DNA of 64,000 bases from Terriglobia bacterium (GTDB taxonomy: Bacteria; Acidobacteriota; Terriglobia; 20CM-2-55-15), in NCBI GenBank assembly GCA_965263045.1, contig CBDHGK010000041.1, positions 5,894,002 to 5,958,001 of the forward strand, given 5' to 3'. This document shows positions 37,501 to 45,861 of this stretch, one piece after another (position 1 is the stretch's first letter; each line of letters starts with the position of its first letter). The notes under the pieces are model-generated. The model was given only the letters and a program-made list of their open reading frames with translations. It had not been told where the DNA came from and ran no database searches. Made by a program: the position numbers and the translations under genes.

Positions 37501-37938
37501 CAGGGCCGGGCTCAGGAGCGCCTCACGGCCCTCGGGACCAGTGATCTCGTCGACGCCGTGAAACCGCCAGAACCCGTCATCAACACCGTAGACGCGCACC
37601 TGGTTCGCACGGCCGTCTCCGGTTTGTGTCGTGACGAGACCTTCGGCCAGGATGACGGGTGAGACATCGTTGAAGTTGTCCTCGAAATCGGGATGGGAAA
37701 GCAGATCTGCGGCCAGCGTCTCCCGGAAGAAGTCGGTGGACATCACGATCTGATCCGTATTCCCAATCCGCTGGAGAACGAGGTCCCGGAGGCTGCCGCG
37801 GACGGAGTCGCCGACGAGCAGGGCGCCGGAGAGGACGGCGACGGCTGTTGCGATTCCCAGAACCACAGCGATGTTCGTCCGCCAGTAGAACATCAGGCTT
37901 TGAACAATAAGTCGTCTGCGTGTAATCGGTTTAGACAT
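34546..37938 (-). CDS. ABC transporter permease with two FtsX-like modules (MacB/LolE-like), 1130 aa
   Basis: Two sets of four TM helices, each preceded by a large periplasmic domain. Adjacent to the ABC ATPase gene. Confidence 0.8.
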   Translation of the reverse strand: MSKPITRRRLIVQSLMFYWRTNIAVVLGIATAVAVLSGALLVGDSVRGSLRDLVLQRIGNTDQIVMSTDFFRETLAADLLSHPDFEDNFNDVSPVILAEGLVTTQTGDGRANQVRVYGVDDGFWRFHGVDEITGPEGREALLSPALAEAIDAGPGDTILVRVQRPSEIPLESIHGNREDVGRTIRANVAAVVRREALGEFSLDATQGEVYAVFLPMDRVQADLDLGERVNLLLVSTSSENRDGSTDEDIATAALKNIVQSEAELGDQGLNLRLMEPAGAMILEGSGGLIDDQKEQIALEAATALNLEARPIFTYLVNSLGNARGEIPYSLVTATDLGTLLPAANPTARSDVAPVVLTDWAANDLGVSSGDRLSMEYFVWEDPGQLVTRTAEFEVAAVVPVETGDRAMAPNYPGITDSAAVGDWDPPFPIDLGRIRPIDERFWELYRTTPKAFVSLEVGRELWQSRYGSISSIRFTSNPAEADPAGFEERAASYAERLGTTLNAQGVGLEVRSVRSVSLEASRGATNFSEYFVYFSFFLVVSALMLAALFFKLSVEGRGPEVGLLRSVGFTPAMLRGLFLTEGLVLSSVSAIIGVVGALGYAWLLVTALGTWWVDAVGTTAVGLHVSATSLAGGAAGGVVAAMACIWSTLGGLATVSERRLLAGQLSDETVGGTRSRNCLARVGLFVLSGLGTVLIAGAGFGFVERAAGFFGGGMAVLAASLCFLLVRFRGGGQQALQGQGWWPVSRLGFRNATYRPARSVTAIGMIASATFILLSVDAFRRDTITDLGPDSGLGGYTVRVESLLPLSQDPSGTEGQALLGLGGFDSVGVAPFRVRGGDDASCLNLYEPTNPRIVAPSNAFIEQGRFAFLDSLASTEAERANPWQLLHRQEPDGAIPVIGDANSMTYVLHRALGDEIVITAGNRSIRLRLVAALDDSIFQGELVMSEENFLDLFPEHEGYRLLLVETEPGRVGASVASIENALLDFGGSATPTADYLARFHQVENTYLSTFQMLGGLGLLLGTVGLGAVMLRNILERRRELALMRALGYQQRDFLLMSMAESVTLLVAGLLTGAASAFLATAPVIWDRGGQLPGTLVLGLLGGVLAVGLAASLSATVAAFRSPLLPALREE

Positions 37939-38010
37939 GGTGGCCCGTGTGCCTGTGGAGTCGTTGTTGCCGACGGATTGATAAGTGCATCTTACGTACC
38001 TCTTGGCTAC

Positions 38011-38697
38011 CTATGATTCAACCCGACCGAGCCGCCCTTCTGCAAGTTCAAACCGTATCGGAAACTGTGCAGCAAAACGGGCACTGTGCGTCACCGCGAT
38101 CAGGATGTTCTGTTGGGCCCGGTGCAGTTCAAGCAGCAGCGACGCGACAGTCTCCGCCGTTGCTGCGTCGAGGTTGCCGGTGGGTTCGTCACACAACACC
38201 AGGCGGGGTTGCCGGATTAACGCACGGGCGATGGCCACACGCTGCTTCTCCCCACCCGACAACTGCCCGGGCCGGTGGTCGATCCGGTCTTCCAGGCCGA
38301 CCTGATCGACCAGGGAACGCGCATAGGAGCCAGGGTCTGGAGGCGTTTCGCTCAATGGCCCATGCCGCGCGAGAGTCGGCACCAGGACGTTCTCGAGGAC
38401 GGAGCACTGGGGCAGCAGACAGTGGTCCTGGAAAACGAAGCCGATCCGGGAATTGCGGAAAGCCGCCTGTTCGGAACGACTCATGGCAAACAAGTCCTGT
38501 CCGTCCAGGCTTACCGTACCCGCCGACGGTGGCTCCAGACCTCCAAGCACGTAAAGGAGCGAACTCTTGCCGCTGCCCGATGGTCCCATGATCGCCGCGG
38601 CTTCGCCGGGTGCGAGGCAGAGGTTCACATCGGACCATACGACGAGGGGACCTCGTGGGGTCGGAAACTCCTTGTTCAGATGTGAGACTTCGAGCAA
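38011..38697 (-). CDS. ABC transporter ATP-binding protein (LolD/MacB type)
   Basis: Walker A GPSGSGKSS, signature LSGGEKQRVAIARAL, Walker B LVLCDEPT. Confidence 0.85.
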   Translation of the reverse strand: MLEVSHLNKEFPTPRGPLVVWSDVNLCLAPGEAAAIMGPSGSGKSSLLYVLGGLEPPSAGTVSLDGQDLFAMSRSEQAAFRNSRIGFVFQDHCLLPQCSVLENVLVPTLARHGPLSETPPDPGSYARSLVDQVGLEDRIDHRPGQLSGGEKQRVAIARALIRQPRLVLCDEPTGNLDAATAETVASLLLELHRAQQNILIAVTHSARFAAQFPIRFELAEGRLGRVES

Positions 38698-38757
38698 TGG
38701 TCCCTCTGAAATTCCTCGCCGGGCCGGGTACCGGAGAAATTTCTTTACCGGGAAGCC

Positions 38758-40101
38758 TTATCCGCCCAGCGGAGCACCCGCAGGGTGCAGGGTGCCCGCT
38801 CCAGACCCGTTGTTCAACACTGAGTCATAGAGTGCAACCAACCGGTTCGCCGAGCCCCGCACGGAATAGTGTGCGTGGACGCCCCGCAGTCCCTGTCGGC
38901 CGAAGGTATCCCGAAGTTCCCGATCGTTCCACAGTTGCCACAGACCCTCCGCCAGGCTGTCCGCATCGTCGGCTTCGACCAGCAATCCACCTCCGGTCTG
39001 TTCGACGATTTCCGTGAAGGCGCCCCGGCGGGGTTGAACAACCGGCACGCCGTTGGCCATGGCCTCGAGCAGGAACAGGCCTTTCGGCTCATCATAGGTT
39101 GCCGGGACTGAAAGGACGTCAAGTTCCTGGAGAAACGCAAGTTTTCCGTCGCGGTCCACGACACCCCGGTAGGAAAACTCGTTCGCGTAGCCGGCCCCGG
39201 CAAGGGTCTCTCGAACCTCGCTCATGTATTCGGCGTGCGCCGGTGCAGTGTAGCCTGCGACCTTAAGCCGTACCGAAGCATCCCCTGCCCGTTGCCTGAA
39301 CCGGATGTAGGCTTCGGCCAGGATATGCAAACCCTTTTCCGGTGCAACCCGCGCGAAATATCCGACGCGAAAATCAGCCTTCCTTTTCCGGGATGGGCGG
39401 CTTTCGGGATAACCCGCAAGGTTGATACCGAGAGGCACGACTCCGATGCGTTCCTCAGGGATTTCAAGGTACTCCGTCATGAAGCGGCGGCAGTACTCGC
39501 TGACGGCGACGAACCGGTCCACCGTTGAGATCTGTGCCCGGATCAGATCGAGTGCCTGTTCGCGATAGGGAGGCCGCAATCCGTCAATGAAGAGTTCTTC
39601 TCCCTGCAGCGTGCAACAGACAGGCCGATCGAATTTCTCGCGCAGCGGTTTGGCCAGCGCAATCAGCAGCGAGTTGGGCAGATTGATGATATCGGGCGTG
39701 GGCTGATGACCGATCCAGTCGGCGAGTTTCTCGAATTCCTTGCGCAGGGCGCTGTGTTCGCCTTCGAGCATGGAAATTGTGAGATCACCCAACAGTTGAG
39801 GGTCGTTCGAGACCGCGCGTCCCGCAACATGGTCGATTACCCAGGGGGAGTCCCACAGCCGGTCCAGGAATCGGGGAGTTTTCCGGAAAAACGGGAAATA
39901 CTGCTGCAGATAAACGCTGATACCCCCGAACAGGACATGTGGGCGGCTGGCGTTGGGTTCGTCCGTCCGTGTGGGCGTGTAGACCGGTACGAGAGTGCAG
40001 TCGTGCCCAAGCGATAGTAGTTCCCGTGCCAGTGCGTTGTCGCGGGCGCAACTCCCGCAATACATTCCCGCCGCGCCGGCTGTGATCGATAAAATCCGCA
40101 T
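38758..40101 (-). CDS. GT4-family glycosyltransferase
   Basis: GT-B fold with the EAMANGVPVV block. The N-terminus (AGMYCGSCARDN) is unusual. Confidence 0.8.
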   Translation of the reverse strand: MRILSITAGAAGMYCGSCARDNALARELLSLGHDCTLVPVYTPTRTDEPNASRPHVLFGGISVYLQQYFPFFRKTPRFLDRLWDSPWVIDHVAGRAVSNDPQLLGDLTISMLEGEHSALRKEFEKLADWIGHQPTPDIINLPNSLLIALAKPLREKFDRPVCCTLQGEELFIDGLRPPYREQALDLIRAQISTVDRFVAVSEYCRRFMTEYLEIPEERIGVVPLGINLAGYPESRPSRKRKADFRVGYFARVAPEKGLHILAEAYIRFRQRAGDASVRLKVAGYTAPAHAEYMSEVRETLAGAGYANEFSYRGVVDRDGKLAFLQELDVLSVPATYDEPKGLFLLEAMANGVPVVQPRRGAFTEIVEQTGGGLLVEADDADSLAEGLWQLWNDRELRDTFGRQGLRGVHAHYSVRGSANRLVALYDSVLNNGSGAGTLHPAGAPLGG

Positions 40102-40220
40102 TCACTCGGGTTCGTTCGTGGGCGATTGTTCTCGGTTAGAAGTGGATTGCTTGTTGGTTTCTTGATGGTTCGAAGAGATTATCTTATTCCTCTAAACGCC
40201 TCGGCCGCCGCCTCGTTGTT

Positions 40221-40355
40221 CACCCGCACCGTGGGACCGGTGCGGGTAATTTTGGGGGACTGCTTTAACCTTTCCTCAATCCCTATAGGCCCCGCCATCA
40301 CGATGATGGCGGGGGTCGCCGATCGTTCAGACAGGATGTCTGAAAGAACGATCGA
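40221..40355 (-). ncRNA. Copy 1 of a conserved three-hairpin structured element (candidate cis-regulatory leader RNA). Strand is inferred.
   Basis: H1 CCCGCACCG-TGGGAC-CGGTGCGGG, H2 CCCGCCATCA-CGA-TGATGGCGGG, H3 CGATCGTTC...GAACGATCG with an inner hairpin. Lies 119 nt upstream of the GT4 start on the minus strand. Confidence 0.5.
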
Positions 40356-40391
40356 GCGAAATCCCAAATCAGAAACTTTCAACCGAGCCCA

Positions 40392-41819
40392 TTAGCTGAA
40401 CGGCGCGTCCTGAAATGCGCGTGCGCGAAACAGAAAGTCGATGATGTTGCCCTCGTGGGGTTGCAGCCAGTTGAGCTTCGTCGTAGGCACCGGCCCCAGA
40501 TTCAGCCGGTCGATGTTCACGGCGTCGACGAGGCGACGGCGGAATCCGTCGTCGTTGGTGATCGCGCTGCACACCAATGTCGGTCCGATGGCCCGAATCA
40601 TTTCGGCTTCCGGGCATTCTACGACGGAGACAAAGGGGAACATGTATTCCTTGCCCGCGATCGCGGCTTCCGGTGACTCGGCGTGGATCACCGTTGGCAG
40701 CAAATAGTCGGCCAGGCCGGCATCGACCACACGCTTCCCGTCCCGATACATTGCAGTGACATCCCGGACGCCGGGGGCCTCGAGATCGGCGTCGATCGAT
40801 TGTGAAATCGATTCGGCCACTCCGGTGACCGTGAACGCGGCCAGGGCGGCTTCGGGATCTTCCGGGGGACGCGGGTGTATCCGGGCCAGTCGCCCGGCCA
40901 GGGCGTCGGCAATCTCGCCGCCATGCCGGCTCACCCATATCCCGGAAGCGTTGATGCAGCTGCGGCCACTGTTAATTGCCACGCTCTCCACCATCAGGTC
41001 CAGGTGTTGCTCCCAGTCGTCCACCTGGTCGTCACCTATGAGAATCTTCGAAAAGCCGGGTCCATGCGCCTGGACTCGCGGATCACTCCGGTAACGCGCC
41101 ACTGTGGCTTCGCCGCCGAATATGAGGCTGCGGCTCGAAGCGTCCAGCACGGCCGCGCCGACATCGGCTTCGCCCGGATAGATGGAAATGGATTCGGTCG
41201 GAATACCAGCATCAAAGAATGCGTTGGCCATTCGATAGGGCGTCCAGGGTTCCTGGGGGCCGGGCTTGAGGACGAGGCCGATCTGCAACGCGACGATGGG
41301 CAACCACAAGGCGTGGACACCGGGGGAGTTGGACGGCAGAACGACGCTGAGCACGGGGCTCTGGGCCTGGTAGCTGATCGGAACCCCACGCTCCTCGCCG
41401 AAACCCCGGTTAAGGACCTCGAGATCCAGTCCGCGCGTCAGGGATCGGAGGATGGCCGGCATTTCGGAAAGCACGAAGCGGTTCTTTTCCATGTTGGCCC
41501 GGCACATGTTTTCCGGTAACCCGGTGCTGGCCGACTGGGCCCGCACGAACTCCTCAGGCGTCTGCGCGCCATCGCCCATGGGAACCGTGGCGGACATGAA
41601 CGTCTCACCCGCACGCTGCACGCGGTCCATTAGTTCGTTGATCGGAATCGCCCGCAGCGCGTCGCGGGCGGTCTGAGCCTTGCGCATGTCCCGCTGGATC
41701 AGTCCGCTGTTGGCACGCCCGATCCGTGCGACGGGTTCACCGGTTGAGAAATGGACGACTTCGTCCATATCGAGGCTGTCGTAGGGTTGACCCCAGCGCA
41801 GTACGGGAATTGTAATCAT
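40392..41819 (-). CDS. Aldehyde dehydrogenase superfamily protein, LuxC-like acyl-CoA reductase candidate
   Basis: 475 aa. Catalytic Cys context NSGRSCINASG. Sits immediately downstream of the LuxE-like adenylating enzyme (3-nt gap). Confidence 0.65.
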   Translation of the reverse strand: MITIPVLRWGQPYDSLDMDEVVHFSTGEPVARIGRANSGLIQRDMRKAQTARDALRAIPINELMDRVQRAGETFMSATVPMGDGAQTPEEFVRAQSASTGLPENMCRANMEKNRFVLSEMPAILRSLTRGLDLEVLNRGFGEERGVPISYQAQSPVLSVVLPSNSPGVHALWLPIVALQIGLVLKPGPQEPWTPYRMANAFFDAGIPTESISIYPGEADVGAAVLDASSRSLIFGGEATVARYRSDPRVQAHGPGFSKILIGDDQVDDWEQHLDLMVESVAINSGRSCINASGIWVSRHGGEIADALAGRLARIHPRPPEDPEAALAAFTVTGVAESISQSIDADLEAPGVRDVTAMYRDGKRVVDAGLADYLLPTVIHAESPEAAIAGKEYMFPFVSVVECPEAEMIRAIGPTLVCSAITNDDGFRRRLVDAVNIDRLNLGPVPTTKLNWLQPHEGNIIDFLFRARAFQDAPFS

Positions 41820-41821
41820 TC

Positions 41822-42937
41822 TTAATACACGCCCACCGTCGTTGTCGAAACAAGCTCACGAAAGGGCCGGACGCCGCTCACCCCATCCCAGGGATAGAGT
41901 TCGCCGGGGGGCTCGCGCTCGCCCTCGTCCCGTTCAAGGAAACCGGGCATGAAGAACTCCTGCGTCAATGTCGTCACCCGGACCCGGCCGGTCTCGCCAT
42001 ATGCCACAACATGTCCGTCCTCATCGGGATCGACGACCTCGATTACGGCACGGGGTTGGGGGGCATGGTAGGTAATCTTGTAGCCGTTGTGGGGTCCGCT
42101 CGGAGCACTGGGGGCGAGACCCATCATCGTGTTTCCGTAGGTGGGCGTCATGTATGCGCCGTCGAGCAGTTCTTCGTGGGCGAATCGGTTCCACTGAGGT
42201 GTGAATTCAGTGCCCCCAGAGAAGATACCCGTAATGCCTTCCCTGTGAATCGACGTGTCCATCGATTCGAGCCGCAGGGCCAGGGCCTCGAGCAGTTTTG
42301 GCGTCGTGAACAGACAGCGGATGTCGTGCTTGGCCCGGAGGATGGTTACGGCCTGGTCGATCACATGGTTTTTGTACGCGTTCAGGTGATCGGTCCACCC
42401 CTTCTGGATCAGCTTAATCACCCAACGGGGATCCAGATCCACAAGAAAGCAGATGCCCCCACGGTATTGAGCCAGGTGCTCGACCGCCAGGCGCAGCCGG
42501 CGGGGACCGGAAGGGCCGACCATGAGCCAGTTCGACCCTCTCGGGAACGACTCTTCGGGCAGCGTATCGCTGAAGAGTTCGTAGTCGGTCCGAAAGTCCT
42601 CGCAGTTGATGCGCGTCTTGGGGATGCCGGTGGTACCACCTGTTTCGAAAACGAACACGGGTTTGTCGGCCAGGCCGCGGGGCACCCACCGGCTGACCGG
42701 ACCTCCGCGCAACCACTCGTCTTCGAACTCACCAAAACGGCTCAGATCGCTGAAACTTTGAATTTCTGAGAGAGGGTCCCAACCGAGTTCCGTGGCTCGC
42801 TCGAGCCAGAACGGAGTTCCGGTTTTCGGGTCGAAGTGCCAGGCGACAACCTCCCGCACCCAGGCGTCGAGTGCTGTACGGGCAGCTTCCACCCGGGCGG
42901 GCACGGCCTGAGCATTTCTGGAACCGGTGTCTGCCAT
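41822..42937 (-). CDS. Adenylate-forming enzyme, LuxE-like acyl-protein synthetase / PaaK-like ligase family
   Basis: FETGGTTGIPK AMP-binding P-loop. 371 aa from the MADTGSR... start, which matches LuxE/PaaK size. The longer ORF extends to 43021. Confidence 0.6.
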   Translation of the reverse strand: MADTGSRNAQAVPARVEAARTALDAWVREVVAWHFDPKTGTPFWLERATELGWDPLSEIQSFSDLSRFGEFEDEWLRGGPVSRWVPRGLADKPVFVFETGGTTGIPKTRINCEDFRTDYELFSDTLPEESFPRGSNWLMVGPSGPRRLRLAVEHLAQYRGGICFLVDLDPRWVIKLIQKGWTDHLNAYKNHVIDQAVTILRAKHDIRCLFTTPKLLEALALRLESMDTSIHREGITGIFSGGTEFTPQWNRFAHEELLDGAYMTPTYGNTMMGLAPSAPSGPHNGYKITYHAPQPRAVIEVVDPDEDGHVVAYGETGRVRVTTLTQEFFMPGFLERDEGEREPPGELYPWDGVSGVRPFRELVSTTTVGVY

Positions 42938-43108
42938 AGCCGAAACAGTATAGCGAATTGTTGGATGGGTGGGATGAGGGTTTGGGGGGCATGGTGCCGG
43001 GCGTTGGAGATGGTAGTGCATCGGTTCTAGATTGCAGGTGATATCCGAATGAATCCATCAACTTATTACCCTGACGCCTCAGCTCCGCCGCTTTAATATG
43101 AAAGCCGT

Positions 43109-43271
43109 CCACCCGCACCGTGGGACCGGTGCGGGTTCTATTGGGAGGGAACCAGGAATTCCGTCGTTCCTTATAGGTCTTGCCATCATGATGATGGCGA
43201 GGGTCGCTGGTCGTTCGGACCACGCGTGGCACGTGTGCCACGCGACAAAGATGGTCATCCGAAAGAACGAC
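43109..43271 (-). ncRNA. Copy 2 of the conserved three-hairpin structured element
   Basis: H1 is identical (27 nt). H2 is CTTGCCATCA-TGA-TGATGGCGAG, with compensatory changes relative to copy 1. H3 has a conserved outer stem and a different, larger inner hairpin. Lies 87 nt upstream of the LuxE-like ORF. Confidence 0.5.
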
Positions 43272-43423
43272 CGAGCGATTCCCTTCTATTCTATACGGCT
43301 GAGCAAATACCAACTGAGGCACGATCTTCCCTTTGGACAGGTTGTCGAGATGAATCCGGGTTCATTTATACTGCCCCTAAGCGACAGAAGCAGAGGAATT
43401 TGATGCAACCTTCAAAAAGTTGA

Positions 43424-44737
43424 ATGGCGATTCTGTGCCTGGTCCTGACGATGGCTCTGGCAGTGTCCGCTATTGCTCAATCGCAGGCAGACGCAGAACG
43501 TTACTGGGGGCAGTGGCGGGGACCCATGGCAACCGGGGTGTCGGAAACGGCCAATCCGCCGGTCCAATGGAGTGAGACGGAGAACATTCGCTGGAAAGTG
43601 GAGATTCCAGGCCGTGGCAGCAGCTCACCCGTTATCTGGGGCGATCGGGTATTCGTGACATCGGCTGTTCCCGTGGGCGTGGATGGCGACGCGGCGCACG
43701 AGACGCGGGGTGGTGTGGAGCCTCGCGAGGCCCATCGATTTGTCGTTCTGGCGCTCGACCGCAGCGACGGCAGCGTCGTCTGGGAAAGGACCCTCCGGGA
43801 ACAGGTTCCCCATGAAGCGGGGCACTTTCGAAACTCCAGCTGGGCATCCAGTTCTCCCGTCACCGACGGCGAGCACCTGTTCGTCTATTTTGAGTCTTTC
43901 GGTCTCTATGCCCTCGATCTGGACGGAAACCTGCTTTGGGAGAAAGACTTCGGTGACAAAGGCCAGCGGAACCAGTTCGGTGAGGGGAGCACACCGGCGT
44001 TGTACGGCAATCGCCTGGTCATTGTCTGGGACCATCAGGGAGGCCAGTCCTTTGTCCTCGCGGTCGACAAACACACGGGAGCGGAAATCTGGCGTGTCGG
44101 TCGCGATGAAATCGACTCCTGGGCCACGCCCCTTGTCGTGGACCACGGAGGAGGGCCACAGGTGATCGTCCCGGGAAGGAACAGCCTGCTCGGCTACGAT
44201 CTCAGTGACGGCAGTATTGTCTGGGAGAGTCCCGGTTTGACGATGAACCCGATTCCGTCACCCGTTGTCGAGGACGGGCTGCTGATCGCCATGAGCGGTT
44301 TTCGGGGCAACAACCTCAAGGCCATCCGGCTCGACGATGCCCGCGGTGATATCAGTGAGACCGGAGCGATTGTCTGGGAGTTGAATCGGGATACGCCGTA
44401 CGTACCCTCGCCGCTGCTCTATGACGGCATCGTCTACTTCCTGAAAACGAATTCGGGGATTCTGTTCGCGTACAACGCAGCAACGGGCGAACCGTTGTTC
44501 GAGAATCAGCGCCTTCAGGGCCTGCCCAACGTATTTTCGTCTCCGGTAGGCGCACAGGGCCGCGTGTACCTGACCGGCCGTGAAGGGAGCACGCTCGTTA
44601 TTCGTCGGGGTACCGATTTCGAAGTGATGGCGATGAACACTCTCGACGACGGTTTTGACGCGTCTCCGGCGCTGGTCGACAATGAAATATACCTACGCGG
44701 AACCCGCTACCTCTACAGCATTGGTGAGGAATTCTGA
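43424..44737 (+). CDS. PQQ-like beta-propeller repeat protein (BamB-like fold), secreted
   Basis: Signal peptide, WGQWRGPMATG motif and repeated blades. Paralogue of 33180..34532. Confidence 0.65.
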   Translation: MAILCLVLTMALAVSAIAQSQADAERYWGQWRGPMATGVSETANPPVQWSETENIRWKVEIPGRGSSSPVIWGDRVFVTSAVPVGVDGDAAHETRGGVEPREAHRFVVLALDRSDGSVVWERTLREQVPHEAGHFRNSSWASSSPVTDGEHLFVYFESFGLYALDLDGNLLWEKDFGDKGQRNQFGEGSTPALYGNRLVIVWDHQGGQSFVLAVDKHTGAEIWRVGRDEIDSWATPLVVDHGGGPQVIVPGRNSLLGYDLSDGSIVWESPGLTMNPIPSPVVEDGLLIAMSGFRGNNLKAIRLDDARGDISETGAIVWELNRDTPYVPSPLLYDGIVYFLKTNSGILFAYNAATGEPLFENQRLQGLPNVFSSPVGAQGRVYLTGREGSTLVIRRGTDFEVMAMNTLDDGFDASPALVDNEIYLRGTRYLYSIGEEF

Positions 44738-44767
44738 TATATGTGCGGCGCGACCGCTGGTTAGCCG

Positions 44768-45508
44768 TCAAAAGCGTAGCTTCAGTGCCAGGCTGCCGGC
44801 AAACCCGTCCAAAGATTTTCGAAACCCGGCGGCGCCTCCAATAAGCCTGTAGCCCGCTCCAACACTCAAACGGAATCGCTCTGAGATGTTCACGATGAGG
44901 TTAACTTCGGGCTCAGCAACGAAGAAACTCACGCTTGATGCCCTGTCGGGCCCATCTGGGATCTTAAGTTCGGAGCTCGCACCATTTGCCTCATCTTCGC
45001 TGCCTTCACTGCCGCCTTCATTCATTGCGTCCGGGATATCCACGGCGCTCTCGATACCCATCGCCAGCGTTGCACTCCCACCCCCGATGAGGATGCGCCC
45101 GGATACATTCACCAAAGATCTTTCGTTGACGAAGTACTCGAAAACACCACCGCCGTAGCTCATCTCGTCGCCATCGGACCCGCTAACGAGCTGGTACCAA
45201 CTCCCACCGACCAGATAGTTCCGGTTGATCAACCAGCCACCGTACGCACCCGCAAGAATCGAATCGTCATTGCCTATCTGGGTGAACTTGAATTCGGGAA
45301 CGACCAAGTATTCGAAGTCGCTGGCAAGGAGTGTTGCCGTTCTCTCAGCATCTTGAGCGAGGGCGGCCGGAGCCGCAACCAGAGCCAGGAGTATCGCCAA
45401 AAGGAATCGTATCGATGGTACCTCCGCGCGGCCCCCCTTCAGATTCGTTCTGCCGCGTGACGCGCTAAATGAAGTGACGCCAACGGTGGGACCCTGTGCG
45501 ACGACCAC
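44768..45508 (-). CDS. Hypothetical outer-membrane beta-barrel-like protein (start uncertain)
   Basis: Signal-like LLAILLALVAAPAALAQ. Alternating amphipathic strands. C-terminal ...ALKLRF ends in an aromatic residue. The true start is probably internal to the listed ORF. Confidence 0.4.
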   Translation of the reverse strand: MVVAQGPTVGVTSFSASRGRTNLKGGRAEVPSIRFLLAILLALVAAPAALAQDAERTATLLASDFEYLVVPEFKFTQIGNDDSILAGAYGGWLINRNYLVGGSWYQLVSGSDGDEMSYGGGVFEYFVNERSLVNVSGRILIGGGSATLAMGIESAVDIPDAMNEGGSEGSEDEANGASSELKIPDGPDRASSVSFFVAEPEVNLIVNISERFRLSVGAGYRLIGGAAGFRKSLDGFAGSLALKLRF

Positions 45509-45861
45509 ATCGTTCGTGTGGACGGGAGGGATGTCGCTGGGGGCGAATGGCCAATGTTAAATAGGTCCACACGCACACCGATGGATTGCTGACGGGTACC
45601 TGTCGCTACGACCCTGTGTCTTGGATCAATCGCATCGTGGAACCCGTTCGTTGACTACCGCAAAAACGGTGACACTCCACTCTGAAGTTTCCCTGAAGCC
45701 TTGGTGGGGAAGTCTTGTCTGTGAGGGCGGTTCCGAAATTAAATTAAAGGTTCAGTCGGATTTGACACAAGTTGAGGCGAGGTGGGACGCCCCTGGGCGT
45801 GGAAGGCAAACGCGCCGGCCCGATTCGACCCAGAACAACGCGACGGCAAACAAGATCCTCG

